A stretch of DNA of 64,000 nucleotides from Escherichia coli O157 typing phage 14, in the sequence record KP869112; one strand, given 5' to 3'. The number at the start of each line of letters is the position of its first letter. Within the stretch, counting starts at the first letter, position 1. Below the pieces are notes generated by a model that was not told where the DNA came from, did not search any database, and was given only the letters and a program-made list of their open reading frames with translations. The position numbers and the translations under genes are program-made. Shown here piece after piece: positions 1 through 9,939 of this stretch.

Positions 1-43
1 ACTAATGTATTTTACCACAAAGATACATCAAAAGCAACAATTT

Positions 44-664
44 TTAAAAACTGCGTTTGCGTCTTGGGTGGCGAGGAGGTTGGTTATTTAGACCACTGAT
101 AGGTGTAATCCCCTGGACATCGAACGGTCCGTTGCTGTTTTCATTAAATTTAACCCGAATTCCTTCATCTACACGAACACCACCAATGATAATCATTCTG
201 CTGTAAGCATCTAGCTCAGAATCTACATAGTCTGGGTGTGCCAGCAGCCAATCAAGGAAATCTTTCCATTGGGCGTAGGAAGATCCACCACGAATCTCTA
301 TGGTCTCATCACCTATTTTTTCCAGACGGGAAGTTATACTTGCATTACCGCTGGACACTTCCTGCATCATTAGCCACCGCACAAGCTGCACAAGCACATT
401 GTACTTAAGCAGAGGTAGCTTATCAGGGTCTGCCGGATAATTTAGTTTCAACTTCTCCATGTCAAGGAATGTTTTAATTACCTCATCAGGGAGAGTTTCC
501 TCATCAACATTGCCGAGCAACAACCTCATAATATTAATAAGAGGTTGGTCTGGATCAGGTTCCGGAAGTACAGGATCTTCTTTTGGTGGTTCTTCTGGGG
601 TATCGACTACACCATCATGGTTAGGCGGTGACGGGATAATCTCTTCATCTTCATACCATGCCAT
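44..664 (-). CDS. hypothetical virion/morphogenesis protein
   Basis: Minus-strand ORF at the distal end of the head gene block; start moved to internal ATG at 664 (GAGGT 8 nt upstream). No recognisable motif. Confidence 0.4.
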   Translation of the reverse strand: MAWYEDEEIIPSPPNHDGVVDTPEEPPKEDPVLPEPDPDQPLINIMRLLLGNVDEETLPDEVIKTFLDMEKLKLNYPADPDKLPLLKYNVLVQLVRWLMMQEVSSGNASITSRLEKIGDETIEIRGGSSYAQWKDFLDWLLAHPDYVDSELDAYSRMIIIGGVRVDEGIRVKFNENSNGPFDVQGITPISGLNNQPPRHPRRKRSF

Positions 665-723
665 TTGAAAATACCTCGTAAAAATAAAGCCCCATTCCTG
701 ATTTGGAAGGGGCCTTAACAAAA

Positions 724-1572
724 TTATGCCAGTGCAGCCTCAAAATCTTTCATCATATTTTGGAAAGTTTTTGCCTTACTTAAGGTAACACCGTACTCTT
801 TAGCGAAGGTTTGGAGTGCATCTTTTGAACCACTTTTGTCATCTTCGTTGTTAAGAGCTGCGGCCTGTTTAAGGATTTCATCCTTATTCTCAATGGCTAC
901 AAATGAGGAAGAGGATACAGTCACATCTTGCGGATCTGCTACAGTAACTTCACCGTCACCACCAGGTTCAGTAGGACCTACAGGCGGCTCCGGCTCTGGT
1001 TCAGGCGGCTCCGGCTCTGGTTCAGGCGGTGGAGCTATCGTAGAGACCAGTCCAAGATTTACAACCTGAGAACGTTTCTTAGGCCACTCAATGGTGAAAG
1101 TTTGGGTATCTTCTTCATAAACAATGTTGCATTGCTCATCGTTTATGGTCACTTTTTTAGGCATCCCTACAGGATCCCACAGATGACCTTCTGCCACGGA
1201 AACCTTGAAAGCAGCATCTACCTCTTTAAACACTGACGGAGTGAGTGTGATATTGACATCCCCGCTTTGCAGTGTTAAAGTGCTTTCATCAAGGTTCTCT
1301 GTGAAGAACAGAAGAATAACACCCATACGGATAGTTGAAATACCAGTATCAATTGGCAGGCCTGTATGTTTTGCAATCTTCTCGAAGAAGTCTACAATCG
1401 TTCTGCACGGATAGTGAACACTGCCAATAACGAATTCTGTTGGTGGCAGCAGGGCTGATAAACCAACATTGATTTCTGGGTTATATTGTGCTAAAAATTG
1501 ATAAAAACTTAACTGATTGTTGAAAACTCTTAATAGAGGATCATACTCGACTGGGTAGACGGTTCGCTTCAC
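724..1572 (-). CDS. hypothetical structural protein with Pro-Glu repeat linker
   Basis: 282-aa ORF immediately downstream of the capsid gene; contains PEPEPEPPEPEPEPP encoded by a tandem DNA repeat near 976-1030. Confidence 0.5.
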   Translation of the reverse strand: MKRTVYPVEYDPLLRVFNNQLSFYQFLAQYNPEINVGLSALLPPTEFVIGSVHYPCRTIVDFFEKIAKHTGLPIDTGISTIRMGVILLFFTENLDESTLTLQSGDVNITLTPSVFKEVDAAFKVSVAEGHLWDPVGMPKKVTINDEQCNIVYEEDTQTFTIEWPKKRSQVVNLGLVSTIAPPPEPEPEPPEPEPEPPVGPTEPGGDGEVTVADPQDVTVSSSSFVAIENKDEILKQAAALNNEDDKSGSKDALQTFAKEYGVTLSKAKTFQNMMKDFEAALA

Positions 1573-1646
1573 GGGACACTCCTGTTAAACCCTAATAAAT
1601 AAAAAGGGGAGGGGGAGAACCCCCTCCCCATATGGGATGAATCACC

Positions 1647-2660
1647 TCAGTGATTACCACCTTTCAGAGTTGCTTTAACAACCAGCTCTGGACGGGTGTT
1701 AACTGCCAGCATGGAAGTTTCAGATTCAATCTTCTCTTCACGCAGGTATGCAGAGTGTTTATACCACATATACAGTTCCTGTGCTGGAGTGTTTGCTTCG
1801 TTAACATCGTCTGCCGGAGCAAAGTGCAGCTGGAACATCTGATCAATACCCATCGGCAGGATGCGAGCCTCTTTCTTAGGAATATTGCCAGAGATATCTT
1901 CGATAAAGGTGATACCTTTATGCTCAAACACACGGTATACGCTGTCTTGACCACCCGCACCCAGACGGCGACGCAGAGGTTCCTGAGCAGAGCCGTAATA
2001 GGTGTATGCCAGTTCTACCAGCGGGTGATGGGTAACAGCACTGAAGAACTCCGGTGAGCACAGGGCTACGATGCGATAGCCAGCTGCGTTATCACCAGCT
2101 TGCAGTGCGATGTGCAGACGAGCTTCTTCCAGAACCTCCATAGGATCCTGATCTGCTTTTGCAGGGTCAATCTCAACAGACTTCTGATCCACACCCCACA
2201 GAGTGTAGTAGTTATACTGGCAGGTAGCGTCACCAGGTGCATAGGATTTACCCAGAATAGCCTGGAACAGCGCTTTCTCACGCAGTGCTTCATGGGAAAC
2301 ACGGATACGGCGAACAACGCGGGTTACTACGTCCTGAACAGTTTTCGGAGCATCAGGAGTGAAGTAACGACGGAAGTTCTGAACATCTGCAGCAGTGATG
2401 CCTTTATCCAGAGGGAAGAACGGGATGTTCAGGTTTTTAACCTGAGCACGTTCATTACCAACGTAGTTACGCTCACCACCACGACGGCGTGCCGGAATGT
2501 CTGTTACAACTTCATCAACACGCTCGATCTGAGCAATTGTTGAGGTGCCGAGACGAGTTTCGAACAGATCCATACCAGTAATCAGGCGGAATTGACGCGG
2601 AACAAGGTCCAGAGTAGCACCTAAATCAACAATGCCAAATTCATCTTTACGAGTAATCAT
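1647..2660 (-). CDS. putative major capsid protein
   Basis: 337-aa ORF at the end of the order terminase-portal-scaffold-like-small head protein; size and position fit an HK97-fold coat protein. Assigned by synteny, not by motif. Confidence 0.55.
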   Translation of the reverse strand: MITRKDEFGIVDLGATLDLVPRQFRLITGMDLFETRLGTSTIAQIERVDEVVTDIPARRRGGERNYVGNERAQVKNLNIPFFPLDKGITAADVQNFRRYFTPDAPKTVQDVVTRVVRRIRVSHEALREKALFQAILGKSYAPGDATCQYNYYTLWGVDQKSVEIDPAKADQDPMEVLEEARLHIALQAGDNAAGYRIVALCSPEFFSAVTHHPLVELAYTYYGSAQEPLRRRLGAGGQDSVYRVFEHKGITFIEDISGNIPKKEARILPMGIDQMFQLHFAPADDVNEANTPAQELYMWYKHSAYLREEKIESETSMLAVNTRPELVVKATLKGGNH

Positions 2661-2708
2661 TTATTTCTCCAAAGTAAAACTTAAATATTTTCCCGAACAA
2701 TTTAGGAC

Positions 2709-3098
2709 TTACTCTTCCCCAAGAGTCTGGACGTGAACTTTGTTACCCAGAGCTTCCAGCTTTTCAAGAACAGCCTGCTTAGCTGCTTCACCGTCAGACC
2801 CCAGCAGCTTATCTTTTGCAAAGGTAACACCATGAACTGCAACAACCAGTTTATATTTCTGACCTGTTTTCAGAGGCTCAGCAAGATGAACTTTTCCTGC
2901 ATCTTTTACCAAAGCTCGGTCTACAAGAACACCATAAACGTCTGAGTCATCATCGTTAGCGATAGTGCCAGTTTTTGTTACAACAGTACCAGCATGATGG
3001 TGCTCTGTCAGTATAATTTCCATCTCTTTAAAATTGTAGCCAGCATCGCTAGAATCAACTTTGCCGAGCACGATATCAGAATATTGAGCGGTAATCAT
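2709..3098 (-). CDS. putative head decoration/accessory protein
   Basis: 129-aa ORF directly upstream of the capsid gene; positional inference only. Confidence 0.35.
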   Translation of the reverse strand: MITAQYSDIVLGKVDSSDAGYNFKEMEIILTEHHHAGTVVTKTGTIANDDDSDVYGVLVDRALVKDAGKVHLAEPLKTGQKYKLVVAVHGVTFAKDKLLGSDGEAAKQAVLEKLEALGNKVHVQTLGEE

Positions 3099-3118
3099 TT
3101 ATTTCCCCCGTTAATGTC

Positions 3119-4096
3119 TTATTTGGTAGATTCTGCACGTGCACGAGCAAGTGCTTTTGCAACGTTTTCAGCAAGAATTTCTTCTGCGGATTTTGCAATA
3201 TCATCCACAACAGGTTCGCCATCATTACCATGTTCAGTGGTGGCAAACTCTTCTTTGGTTTTATGCACCTCTGCTTCCAGCTCTTCAATTTTGGCCTGAG
3301 CTTTCTCCAGCATAGCTACGATAGGTTCGTTAGCTTTTTCCAGCATGAAGTCAACCAGGGTTGCATGATCTTCTTCACCAACAAAGCTTAAAGCTTGAGC
3401 CTTAGTCAGCATTTTAGCTTTTTCAACTTCAATCTGGGCTTTGATGATTTCTTCAGCTTTACTCTGGGTTGCTTTCAGCTCTTCTACTTGCTTCAGCAGA
3501 TCCAGATACTCTTTAGTTTTGGTTACGTCCACCGGATTCTCCTCGGTATTTGCGGATTTTGCAACATCATCCACCTCGGTAGTTTTATCCACCTCAGCAG
3601 GTTCCTGTACCGCCTTGATCAGGTTCCCTTCTTTATCGAAGAGATCAGCGGTTACTTGTTCAAAAATCTGTTGTGTTTTTAACAGGCTGTACTGATCTAC
3701 CACACTAAGCTGCTTGCCTTCTTTTGCAGCCTTATGAATGGTCACGTTATCACAACGCTCTTCCAGCCATGCAATACAAGACTCTGCGTCAGCTTGCGCC
3801 CATTCCCAATCAGGATGCTCTTTAGCCCAAGCCTCCTCTTCAATCTCAAAACCAAGCATGTGTGCAAGTGCTTTAGCATCATCATACCACATACCGAAGA
3901 AACGACGCAGGTATTCTTCAAAACTAAGCTCCACAGTAACTTGGCGAAGTGCCTTAACAATATCGTCTGTTAACTGCTCAGGCTTAAGATCACTCTTCAT
4001 CAAAAGAGATACAGGTCTGTTGTTAGCGCTATAGCCTTGCGCCTTATGGCACAGGGCAATCCCCTTCTCTTTAATAGTAATCGTTTTTTCAGACAT
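3119..4096 (-). CDS. putative scaffolding protein
   Basis: 325 aa, acidic, long Ala/Glu/Lys-rich predicted coiled-coil C-terminal half; lies between portal and capsid genes. Confidence 0.45.
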   Translation of the reverse strand: MSEKTITIKEKGIALCHKAQGYSANNRPVSLLMKSDLKPEQLTDDIVKALRQVTVELSFEEYLRRFFGMWYDDAKALAHMLGFEIEEEAWAKEHPDWEWAQADAESCIAWLEERCDNVTIHKAAKEGKQLSVVDQYSLLKTQQIFEQVTADLFDKEGNLIKAVQEPAEVDKTTEVDDVAKSANTEENPVDVTKTKEYLDLLKQVEELKATQSKAEEIIKAQIEVEKAKMLTKAQALSFVGEEDHATLVDFMLEKANEPIVAMLEKAQAKIEELEAEVHKTKEEFATTEHGNDGEPVVDDIAKSAEEILAENVAKALARARAESTK

Positions 4097-4500
4097 TATT
4101 CATTGCCCTCTTCTACAACACTGATCCCGAAGTTTACGTTGGTAATTTCACCAGTTTCTTCATCAACATTACCTGTTGCCTGAATGCTTAGGCCACCAAC
4201 AATGCCAGCCTTCTTAGCTTCCCATAATTCAGGATTATTGTATTTAACTTTAGCAACCCAAGAGCCAGCCTTGATGACCTGCTCAGTGCCAATTACTACA
4301 ACATCAAACTCTTCTTGAATCCACGTCTTTTCAATAGTGAAAGCATCTGTAGAGGTCAAGTGAAAAAGGTTTTCAGAAACTAGTCCTGCGGCGTAGGCTG
4401 CGTCCCAGTTATCTTTAGCCTTTTTGATGGTGTCTTTACTCATCCACTCACCGTGAGCATCTTTAGTGTCAGGTTCGTAGATGATTTCGTAGGAAATCAT
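4096..4500 (-). CDS. hypothetical head-module protein
   Basis: Between portal and scaffold-like gene. Start trimmed to ATG at 4500 (AGGAAG SD); the longer 4671 start would overlap the portal gene by about 90 nt. Confidence 0.35.
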   Translation of the reverse strand: MISYEIIYEPDTKDAHGEWMSKDTIKKAKDNWDAAYAAGLVSENLFHLTSTDAFTIEKTWIQEEFDVVVIGTEQVIKAGSWVAKVKYNNPELWEAKKAGIVGGLSIQATGNVDEETGEITNVNFGISVVEEGNE

Positions 4501-4582
4501 TTCTTCCTGTGGCATCTTATTCCCCATGTGGATTATTTTATCACGCCAAAGGAGGTTTTGCAACCCCCTGTGTTGATAATTT

Positions 4583-6139
4583 TTAATTTTCCATGTTGGA
4601 TATGGAATTATCTCTGGTTGATGATATCTTAGAAGTACCGTTGCCAGTGGATCCTGCAGCCATTCCATCACCAGCTCTACTGATGTCCTGGCCCAAGAGC
4701 TTCATCAGCTCTTCCTGATCCATATCCTCGTCAAATCTTTCATCAAACCCGCCTACTTCAAGAATCTTATTAATTACTGCAGGAGTTTTTGGCAAGTAAC
4801 CTACAGCACCGATCCTCTGAACAAACTTGGAGAAGCTCTCCATGTCCACTTCTTCAATCAGACCAGGTTTCAGTTTAGGCATATCATCATCTTCAAGGAT
4901 GATACCATTCAATGCCAGAAGCTGTGGTATAAGATCTTTATTGAAGGCCTCAGTGATAATATCTATATCACGCTGAACAAAATGACCATGGATAGACTGT
5001 TTTGACTCAGACAGAGAGAAAGATCCGACGTTATCGTTACCGAGGTTAATAAAGCCAGCACCGAAACGGTCAAGAATCGCCTTCTTACGGGCATCAATCA
5101 AATCTTTAGTGGAATACTGCTTACCCATACCGTCAACCCCCTTCAGGGTCATGGAGTAAAGCTCTTTACCAGACTTATCTCTATCAGACGGAAGTATAAA
5201 GAAACTTTGCTCACCACTATGGGCGTTTGCTGCGTCAAGCATAAGGTCTGCAACCATTCTCCCTTCCATTGAATTCGGGTCAATGCTTGCCTTGTTCAAA
5301 ATATTGGAAGGAATTTTCAGCTCAAGCACACCACCAAGGTCTTTGGAACAGCCAACAACCTCAAGGTTTTCAATCAGAACTTTCTCACGGAAAGATCTGT
5401 AGCAACCTATCATCGGTGATACACCTGCAGGGTTAGATTCTGTTCCTGACAGGGTCATGAGCATAAGCTTTTTAGCAGGGATGAAAATTTCAGGCTCATT
5501 AAAGCCTTTTGAAGGCATTGCAGCAAGAGGTCCAGCCCAGCGTGCATTCTGAGTGTTTAGAAATGCATTAGGTGACTGATAAATACCTGTCAGTGTTCTG
5601 CTATTCTTATCAAAAACAAACGGCTCTGATCTGGACAGGCTGGCCTGAGGTCGGAATGCAATTTTATCGATAAGGAGCATCCCGGCATATTTACCTTCTT
5701 TTTCTCTGCGGTATACTTTCTCAAACAGTGAAAAACCATACTCGTTAAAGGTAGCTGCGCTTCTTGCAATATCTCGAAGAGTTTGTTGGTTTGCCAAATT
5801 ACGCAAAGAATACTCTATAAGCTCGGCAGCTTTCTTAGAGTCTTCACTTTTAACATTATAAAGGATCTTAAAATCATTGAATGCTTTCGTGATGAAAACA
5901 TATTTTGTATCTAAGGCAGTAGCAACTGTGGAATCACATTTCATAGTCTCCACTGTGGCAATCAGCTGAGGCCAACGCAATTCCTCAACCATCATAGATT
6001 GCGATTCTGCCATAATTTGGGAAAGTGCGCCAGAACCGATCTCACTCATACGAACATTATGAGTTGGTGCGCCTGCGTTCCCAGATTTATTCACAGTTTT
6101 GGCTGTGGCGTTGTGTTTCCTGCGGTTCTTTTTGGACAC
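4583..6139 (-). CDS. putative portal protein
   Basis: 518-aa ORF immediately downstream of the large terminase gene; size and position typical of portal proteins. Confidence 0.55.
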   Translation of the reverse strand: MSKKNRRKHNATAKTVNKSGNAGAPTHNVRMSEIGSGALSQIMAESQSMMVEELRWPQLIATVETMKCDSTVATALDTKYVFITKAFNDFKILYNVKSEDSKKAAELIEYSLRNLANQQTLRDIARSAATFNEYGFSLFEKVYRREKEGKYAGMLLIDKIAFRPQASLSRSEPFVFDKNSRTLTGIYQSPNAFLNTQNARWAGPLAAMPSKGFNEPEIFIPAKKLMLMTLSGTESNPAGVSPMIGCYRSFREKVLIENLEVVGCSKDLGGVLELKIPSNILNKASIDPNSMEGRMVADLMLDAANAHSGEQSFFILPSDRDKSGKELYSMTLKGVDGMGKQYSTKDLIDARKKAILDRFGAGFINLGNDNVGSFSLSESKQSIHGHFVQRDIDIITEAFNKDLIPQLLALNGIILEDDDMPKLKPGLIEEVDMESFSKFVQRIGAVGYLPKTPAVINKILEVGGFDERFDEDMDQEELMKLLGQDISRAGDGMAAGSTGNGTSKISSTRDNSISNMEN

Positions 6140-6241
6140 AAGCTTTACCCCTCAAAACAGTATAACAAAATAGCCCTCTAACACGAGGGCTAGTATCTCC
6201 GATTACTCTATTCTACCACATCTAATTAAGATTGGCAACAC

Positions 6242-7363
6242 TTAGATAAAACGCTTGAACATAGAAGGTGATGAGATTGATGGAATCACACAAGGGAGTG
6301 CTACCTCCTCTTTCTCCAGGAAATTAATCGCAGAAGCTACACAGTCGGCCCAGTCGTCTTTTCTGTTAAATGTTGATCTTTCCCCGTTGAATTTTTCAAG
6401 TTCAGTCAGAAATGCTTCCAGAGTATCAGGATGGAAACTGGATTTTACAATCCTCACCATTCCTTGTTGTGCAAGATTGGCAAAAGGTGAGAACCTTGTC
6501 AGTTTAGATTTGTTGGAAGGCATTGGGTCTTCTTCAACCCTGAACCCTTCGGCGAGCAAGGATCTGGATGAGGTTAAGAACTCACTCTTACCTGCCTGAC
6601 CAGGGTCCACAGAGAATACGATTATGCAATCATCACCATCAAACTGCGCCTGTTTCCTGATGATCACATCTCGTTCACCAGCCTTTTTACAGAACTTGCC
6701 TTCCAGACCTGTGGAATACCTCCCGTCATCCACGTTCTCAGGACAATAATCACCGGACAGGTAATAAAAGCCGTCGCTATCTTTACTTACCTTAATACTG
6801 GCGGTAAAGTCAGGAAATTTATTACCGGAAGTTCTCTCGGTTCCTGCCTTATCCCATGCCCTGCAAGATACTGATCCAAGGGGTACTCTATCGGCATCAC
6901 GAAGGAAAGATCTTTGAAAATAGTTTGCACCCTCAGGCTTTGCAAACCAGTTGCCATGAAGAAGCTGGGCTTTTTCAAGCTCGGGCAGACCTTCAAGAAA
7001 AGCAAGGTATTCTGGGTTGTCTCTTAAGCAGACAGGATTATCGAATATTGTTGCTCCTATAAACGAGAATGACAACGGTCTTGGCTTGATCTCCACACCC
7101 AGCCCGTTAACCGTGGTGTATTTCTCTATCAACTCTTCTTTGGAGTCTCCCCATATAAATTCACCGTCGCGTCGGATAAAATATCTTTTCTTACCGCATT
7201 TCTCCGGATCTGGATACCCTTCATCGTCCAACCACCATCTAACCAGTTTGGCAAGCATGTGTTCTGAATCGGGGTTACAGCTGATAACCATTCTTGATGG
7301 ATACTTTGACTGAGATCGCAGACGAGACATCAGATAGTCTATCTGCTCCCATTCGAACTGTGT
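6242..7363 (-). CDS. terL: terminase large subunit, exon 2 (nuclease domain)
   Basis: Reading frame is open upstream of the annotated ATG back to 7363 (TQFEWEQIDYLMSRLRS...MVISCNPD); joins in frame to exon 1 after removal of intron 7364-8246. Confidence 0.75.
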   Translation of the reverse strand, partial: TQFEWEQIDYLMSRLRSQSKYPSRMVISCNPDSEHMLAKLVRWWLDDEGYPDPEKCGKKRYFIRRDGEFIWGDSKEELIEKYTTVNGLGVEIKPRPLSFSFIGATIFDNPVCLRDNPEYLAFLEGLPELEKAQLLHGNWFAKPEGANYFQRSFLRDADRVPLGSVSCRAWDKAGTERTSGNKFPDFTASIKVSKDSDGFYYLSGDYCPENVDDGRYSTGLEGKFCKKAGERDVIIRKQAQFDGDDCIIVFSVDPGQAGKSEFLTSSRSLLAEGFRVEEDPMPSNKSKLTRFSPFANLAQQGMVRIVKSSFHPDTLEAFLTELEKFNGERSTFNRKDDWADCVASAINFLEKEEVALPCVIPSISSPSMFKRFI

Positions 7364-8246
7364 CGTTTATGTTCGGGCAAGGTCGCTAGTCTTGCCCCGC
7401 CATTTTCAGGCAGCTGCATGTCTCCATGCAGACCAGACTATATCTTATGAATGTGTAAATACTCTGCCGCTCTAAGAATAGTTTCCTCATCTTCTTGGAA
7501 GAAACCTAAAGCTCTGTTGCATTTATCACAAAGCAACCCTCTTACAGCACCAGTTTTATGGTCATGATCAACACAAAAGAAATCTCTGTACCCTTGCGTC
7601 CTATACTCATTAAGAGATATTCTACAAATGGCACACTTATGATCTTGATCTGAGAGTAGACGATAGTATTCATCTTTTGTTATGTGAAATTTCTTCTCAA
7701 TCTGATAAAACTTTTCACACATCTTACACCTGTTCGTAACCAGATATACTTTACCATAGTCACGTTTTGTGTAAAAACTATCAGCGAGCATACTTTCATG
7801 ACAAGATTTGCATTCAAAAAGTTCACCTTTCTTCAGCAAGTCTTGAATAAACAATGCTGCGTCATCTCTCTTAACCATATTTTTGTTTTTACGAGATCCA
7901 CCCTTCCTGTAGTACATATAGCATTCCTTGCATGTGCCTGAGTATCCATCCTTGCTCTCAGATGATAAAAAGAAATCATCAATAGGCAGAACTCTTTGGC
8001 AATCCATACATTTTTTAGTATTACACATTCACCCTCCCGTTTCGAATCGCTTGATTCTACGTCTTTCGACTAGTCGTTGAACGTTCATCCTCTCGGATGC
8101 TTCGCTGCGGATTATCTAAATTAACACACTGTTACCATACCTTCGATCTCTCTTCGAAGCCTCTATTATGTTACCATAACAGGTTGGTGGTGTCAATAAT
8201 AAAGATTTCCCCGCAATTAGGGAGGTTTTACGAGAGCTACAAATTA
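7364..8246 (-). mobile_element. group I self-splicing intron interrupting terL
   Basis: On the minus-strand RNA all four conserved group I elements are present: P AAUUGCGGGGAAA (plus 8206-8218), Q AAUCCGCAGC (8104-8113), R GUUCAACGACUA (8071-8082), S AAGAUAUAGUCU (7435-7446). Exon 1 ends GAGGGU and pairs with intron GCUCUC as a P1 helix with U.G at the splice site; intron ends in G. Confidence 0.8.
7438..8028 (-). CDS. intron-encoded endonuclease VII-family (HNH-type) homing endonuclease
   Basis: 196 aa with CVDHDHKTGAVRGLLCDKCNRALG (the DHDH...RGLLC..CN signature of T4 endonuclease VII-like nucleases) and Cys-rich N-terminus; ORF lies between intron elements R and S and its last codons overlap S. 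Confidence 0.75.
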   Translation of the reverse strand: MCNTKKCMDCQRVLPIDDFFLSSESKDGYSGTCKECYMYYRKGGSRKNKNMVKRDDAALFIQDLLKKGELFECKSCHESMLADSFYTKRDYGKVYLVTNRCKMCEKFYQIEKKFHITKDEYYRLLSDQDHKCAICRISLNEYRTQGYRDFFCVDHDHKTGAVRGLLCDKCNRALGFFQEDEETILRAAEYLHIHKI

Positions 8247-8672
8247 ACCCTCATCGAAGCAAACCATGGTGTACTCAAGCCCCTGATGGTTAAGCTTATC
8301 TTGTACATACTCCATGTGGCAGTATTTTACAACAGCTCCCTTTTTGCTTCTATCCCACTTACCAGTGTTCGGATCAAACCGTGGAAAAATGAACTTATGA
8401 TCCTTCTCTCTGAACTTTGGCTTAATGTTTTCAGGCAGATCACTATAAATAGCTACTGCTTTAGGCCATAGTCCACCCTCACCTTCCAACTGTGGTGTTG
8501 TTCTTCGGAACATAACCACAGAGCTGTGGGGGTCATCAATAATTTTAAGTGGCATCAACTGCAAGAGGAACGACTTGCCAGACCCTGCGGCACCGCCGAT
8601 TACCAAAATATCTGCATCGTTTTCTAGGATCATCTTCTGCTTTTCAGAACACGGTCCGTAAATCTTAGACAT
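8247..8672 (-). CDS. terL: terminase large subunit, exon 1 (ATPase N-terminus)
   Basis: Walker A GGAAGSGKS and Walker B MVCFDEG; the stop codon right after FDEG lies inside the intron. Confidence 0.75.
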
Positions 8673-8959
8673 TAACCTCTCTCCTTTGGAAACAGTGTTC
8701 TAATATAGTCTTGCAAAATGATCAATTTAGCTCTATCATTGCTACAAGACAGATTATTATCCCTCATAATGCCAGAATTCACTGCATCTGGCGCACCTTT
8801 CTTCAAAGGCATAGCTTTAGCAGGTGGTTTCATGGCACCTTCTGGGGGTTTAACAATCAACCTTCCTACATCCGGAGGGTCAATCTTGTATTCTCTCTCA
8901 ACGCTGGTTACACACCCACATAATAACAAGCACACAATAAACAGTGTAGCAACTCTCAT
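8672..8959 (-). CDS. putative o-spanin (Rz1-like outer-membrane lipoprotein)
   Basis: 95 aa; N-terminal signal peptide with LLLCGC lipobox-like motif, then Pro-rich region (KPPEGAMKPPAKAMP); directly follows the i-spanin-like gene. Confidence 0.55.
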   Translation of the reverse strand: MRVATLFIVCLLLCGCVTSVEREYKIDPPDVGRLIVKPPEGAMKPPAKAMPLKKGAPDAVNSGIMRDNNLSCSNDRAKLIILQDYIRTLFPKERG

Positions 8960-9354
8960 CTACCCTCCTGATTAATACTCTCATTATAAATATCTATAAG
9001 CTGATCAGGGAGTGTTGACTTCTTACCTTCAGGGGATTGGAGGTAGATAATCTGCTTTTCTCTACCTGCCCTCTCAGCTATATTTAATTTATCCTGCAGA
9101 TCAGAAAGAGATTTTTCAAGGTTTTTAACCTCCTCTGCGTGGCCCATTTTAATCTTGTCGGCCTGCTTTTGTTGCTGATCAAGGATCCGTTCCCACTTTA
9201 ACTCTGTTACTGACACACCCTCCTGGTAGGCATCATTAAGCTTGGAGTTAAACCAATACACGGCCCCAAGATAAGCTGTACCTATCGCAGCTGCAAAAAC
9301 TAAACCTTTTATGATCCCTTTATACCTACTCAGCCATGTTAAAACTGAAATCAT
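8956..9354 (-). CDS. putative i-spanin (Rz-like)
   Basis: 132 aa; one N-terminal transmembrane helix (GLVFAAAIGTAYLGAVYWF) followed by a charged coiled-coil-like domain. Confidence 0.55.
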   Translation of the reverse strand: MISVLTWLSRYKGIIKGLVFAAAIGTAYLGAVYWFNSKLNDAYQEGVSVTELKWERILDQQQKQADKIKMGHAEEVKNLEKSLSDLQDKLNIAERAGREKQIIYLQSPEGKKSTLPDQLIDIYNESINQEGR

Positions 9355-9372
9355 TTTAAGGCTCCAGAAACG

Positions 9373-9410
9373 AAAAAACCCCGCAGCTATGCAGCTAACG
9401 GGGCGGGTTA
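9373..9410 (-). terminator. rho-independent terminator
   Basis: Minus-strand hairpin CCCCG...CGGGG followed by TTTTTT, downstream of the 9460-9729 gene. Confidence 0.5.
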
Positions 9411-9459
9411 AAATTGAGTAACCTAAATAGATCGAAACTAACTAAAAGGAGACTAATAC

Positions 9460-9729
9460 TTATCGAGGCACTCGGTGGATGATTCTAACAGTAACTGCAT
9501 TTTCATTCATCAAGTATGCATCTACATCTCTGTAAATATAAAACTTCTGCTCACTATCAACAACACAAGCTACCGCCCCTTCAGAGTTGTCTTCAAAAAA
9601 GACCACCACTGCATCGCAGCTGAGTTCATGATATGACTCTCGAAGATTTACAGCCAGAGGATTGAAATCGTCACGAAAATCTAAGGTATGGGTTGGATTT
9701 ACACGCTCTACAATTTTAAGTGTATACAT
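9460..9729 (-). CDS. hypothetical protein
   Basis: Start trimmed to ATG at 9729 (AAGGAA SD) because the longer ORF overlaps tRNA-Pro. Confidence 0.4.
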   Translation of the reverse strand: MYTLKIVERVNPTHTLDFRDDFNPLAVNLRESYHELSCDAVVVFFEDNSEGAVACVVDSEQKFYIYRDVDAYLMNENAVTVRIIHRVPR

Positions 9730-9775
9730 TTTAAAGGTTCCTTTTGTTTGTATATGTTTAAAGTATAACTGAAAG

Positions 9776-9852
9776 TGGTCTCCACGGAGTGATTCGAACA
9801 CTCGACCTCCTGATCCCAAATCAGGCGCTCTACCAAGCTGAGCTACGCGGAG
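9776..9852 (-). tRNA. tRNA-Pro (anticodon UGG)
   Basis: Hand-folded cloverleaf: 7-bp acceptor stem, T-loop TTCGAAT, anticodon loop UUUGGGA, encoded CCA. Confidence 0.75.
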
Positions 9853-9863
9853 TATTTATTATT

Positions 9864-9938
9864 TGGTGGCCCTGGGTGGAATTGAACCACCGTCTGGCGA
9901 TTATGAGTCGCTTGCTTGAACCTTCCAGCTACAGGGCC
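9864..9938 (-). tRNA. tRNA with CAU anticodon (Met or Ile2)
   Basis: Acceptor GGCCCTG/CAGGGCC, T-arm GGTGG-TTCAATT-CCACC, anticodon arm GCGACUCAUAAUCGC, encoded CCA. The anticodon arm resembles the E. coli ileX type as I recall it, so Ile2 is possible. Confidence 0.7.
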
Positions 9939-9939
9939 A

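Noticed and set aside
836-1069. 77-aa Gly/Ser-rich plus-strand ORF
   Set aside because: Reverse-strand reading of the Pro-Glu repeat region of the 724-1572 gene.
1650-2543. Plus-strand ORFs of 135 and 147 aa
   Set aside because: Antisense to the putative capsid gene; Cys-rich, low-complexity translations.
4501-4671. Longer N-terminal extension of the 4096 ORF
   Set aside because: Would overlap the portal gene 3' end by about 90 nt and has no SD; the internal ATG at 4500 has AGGAAG upstream.
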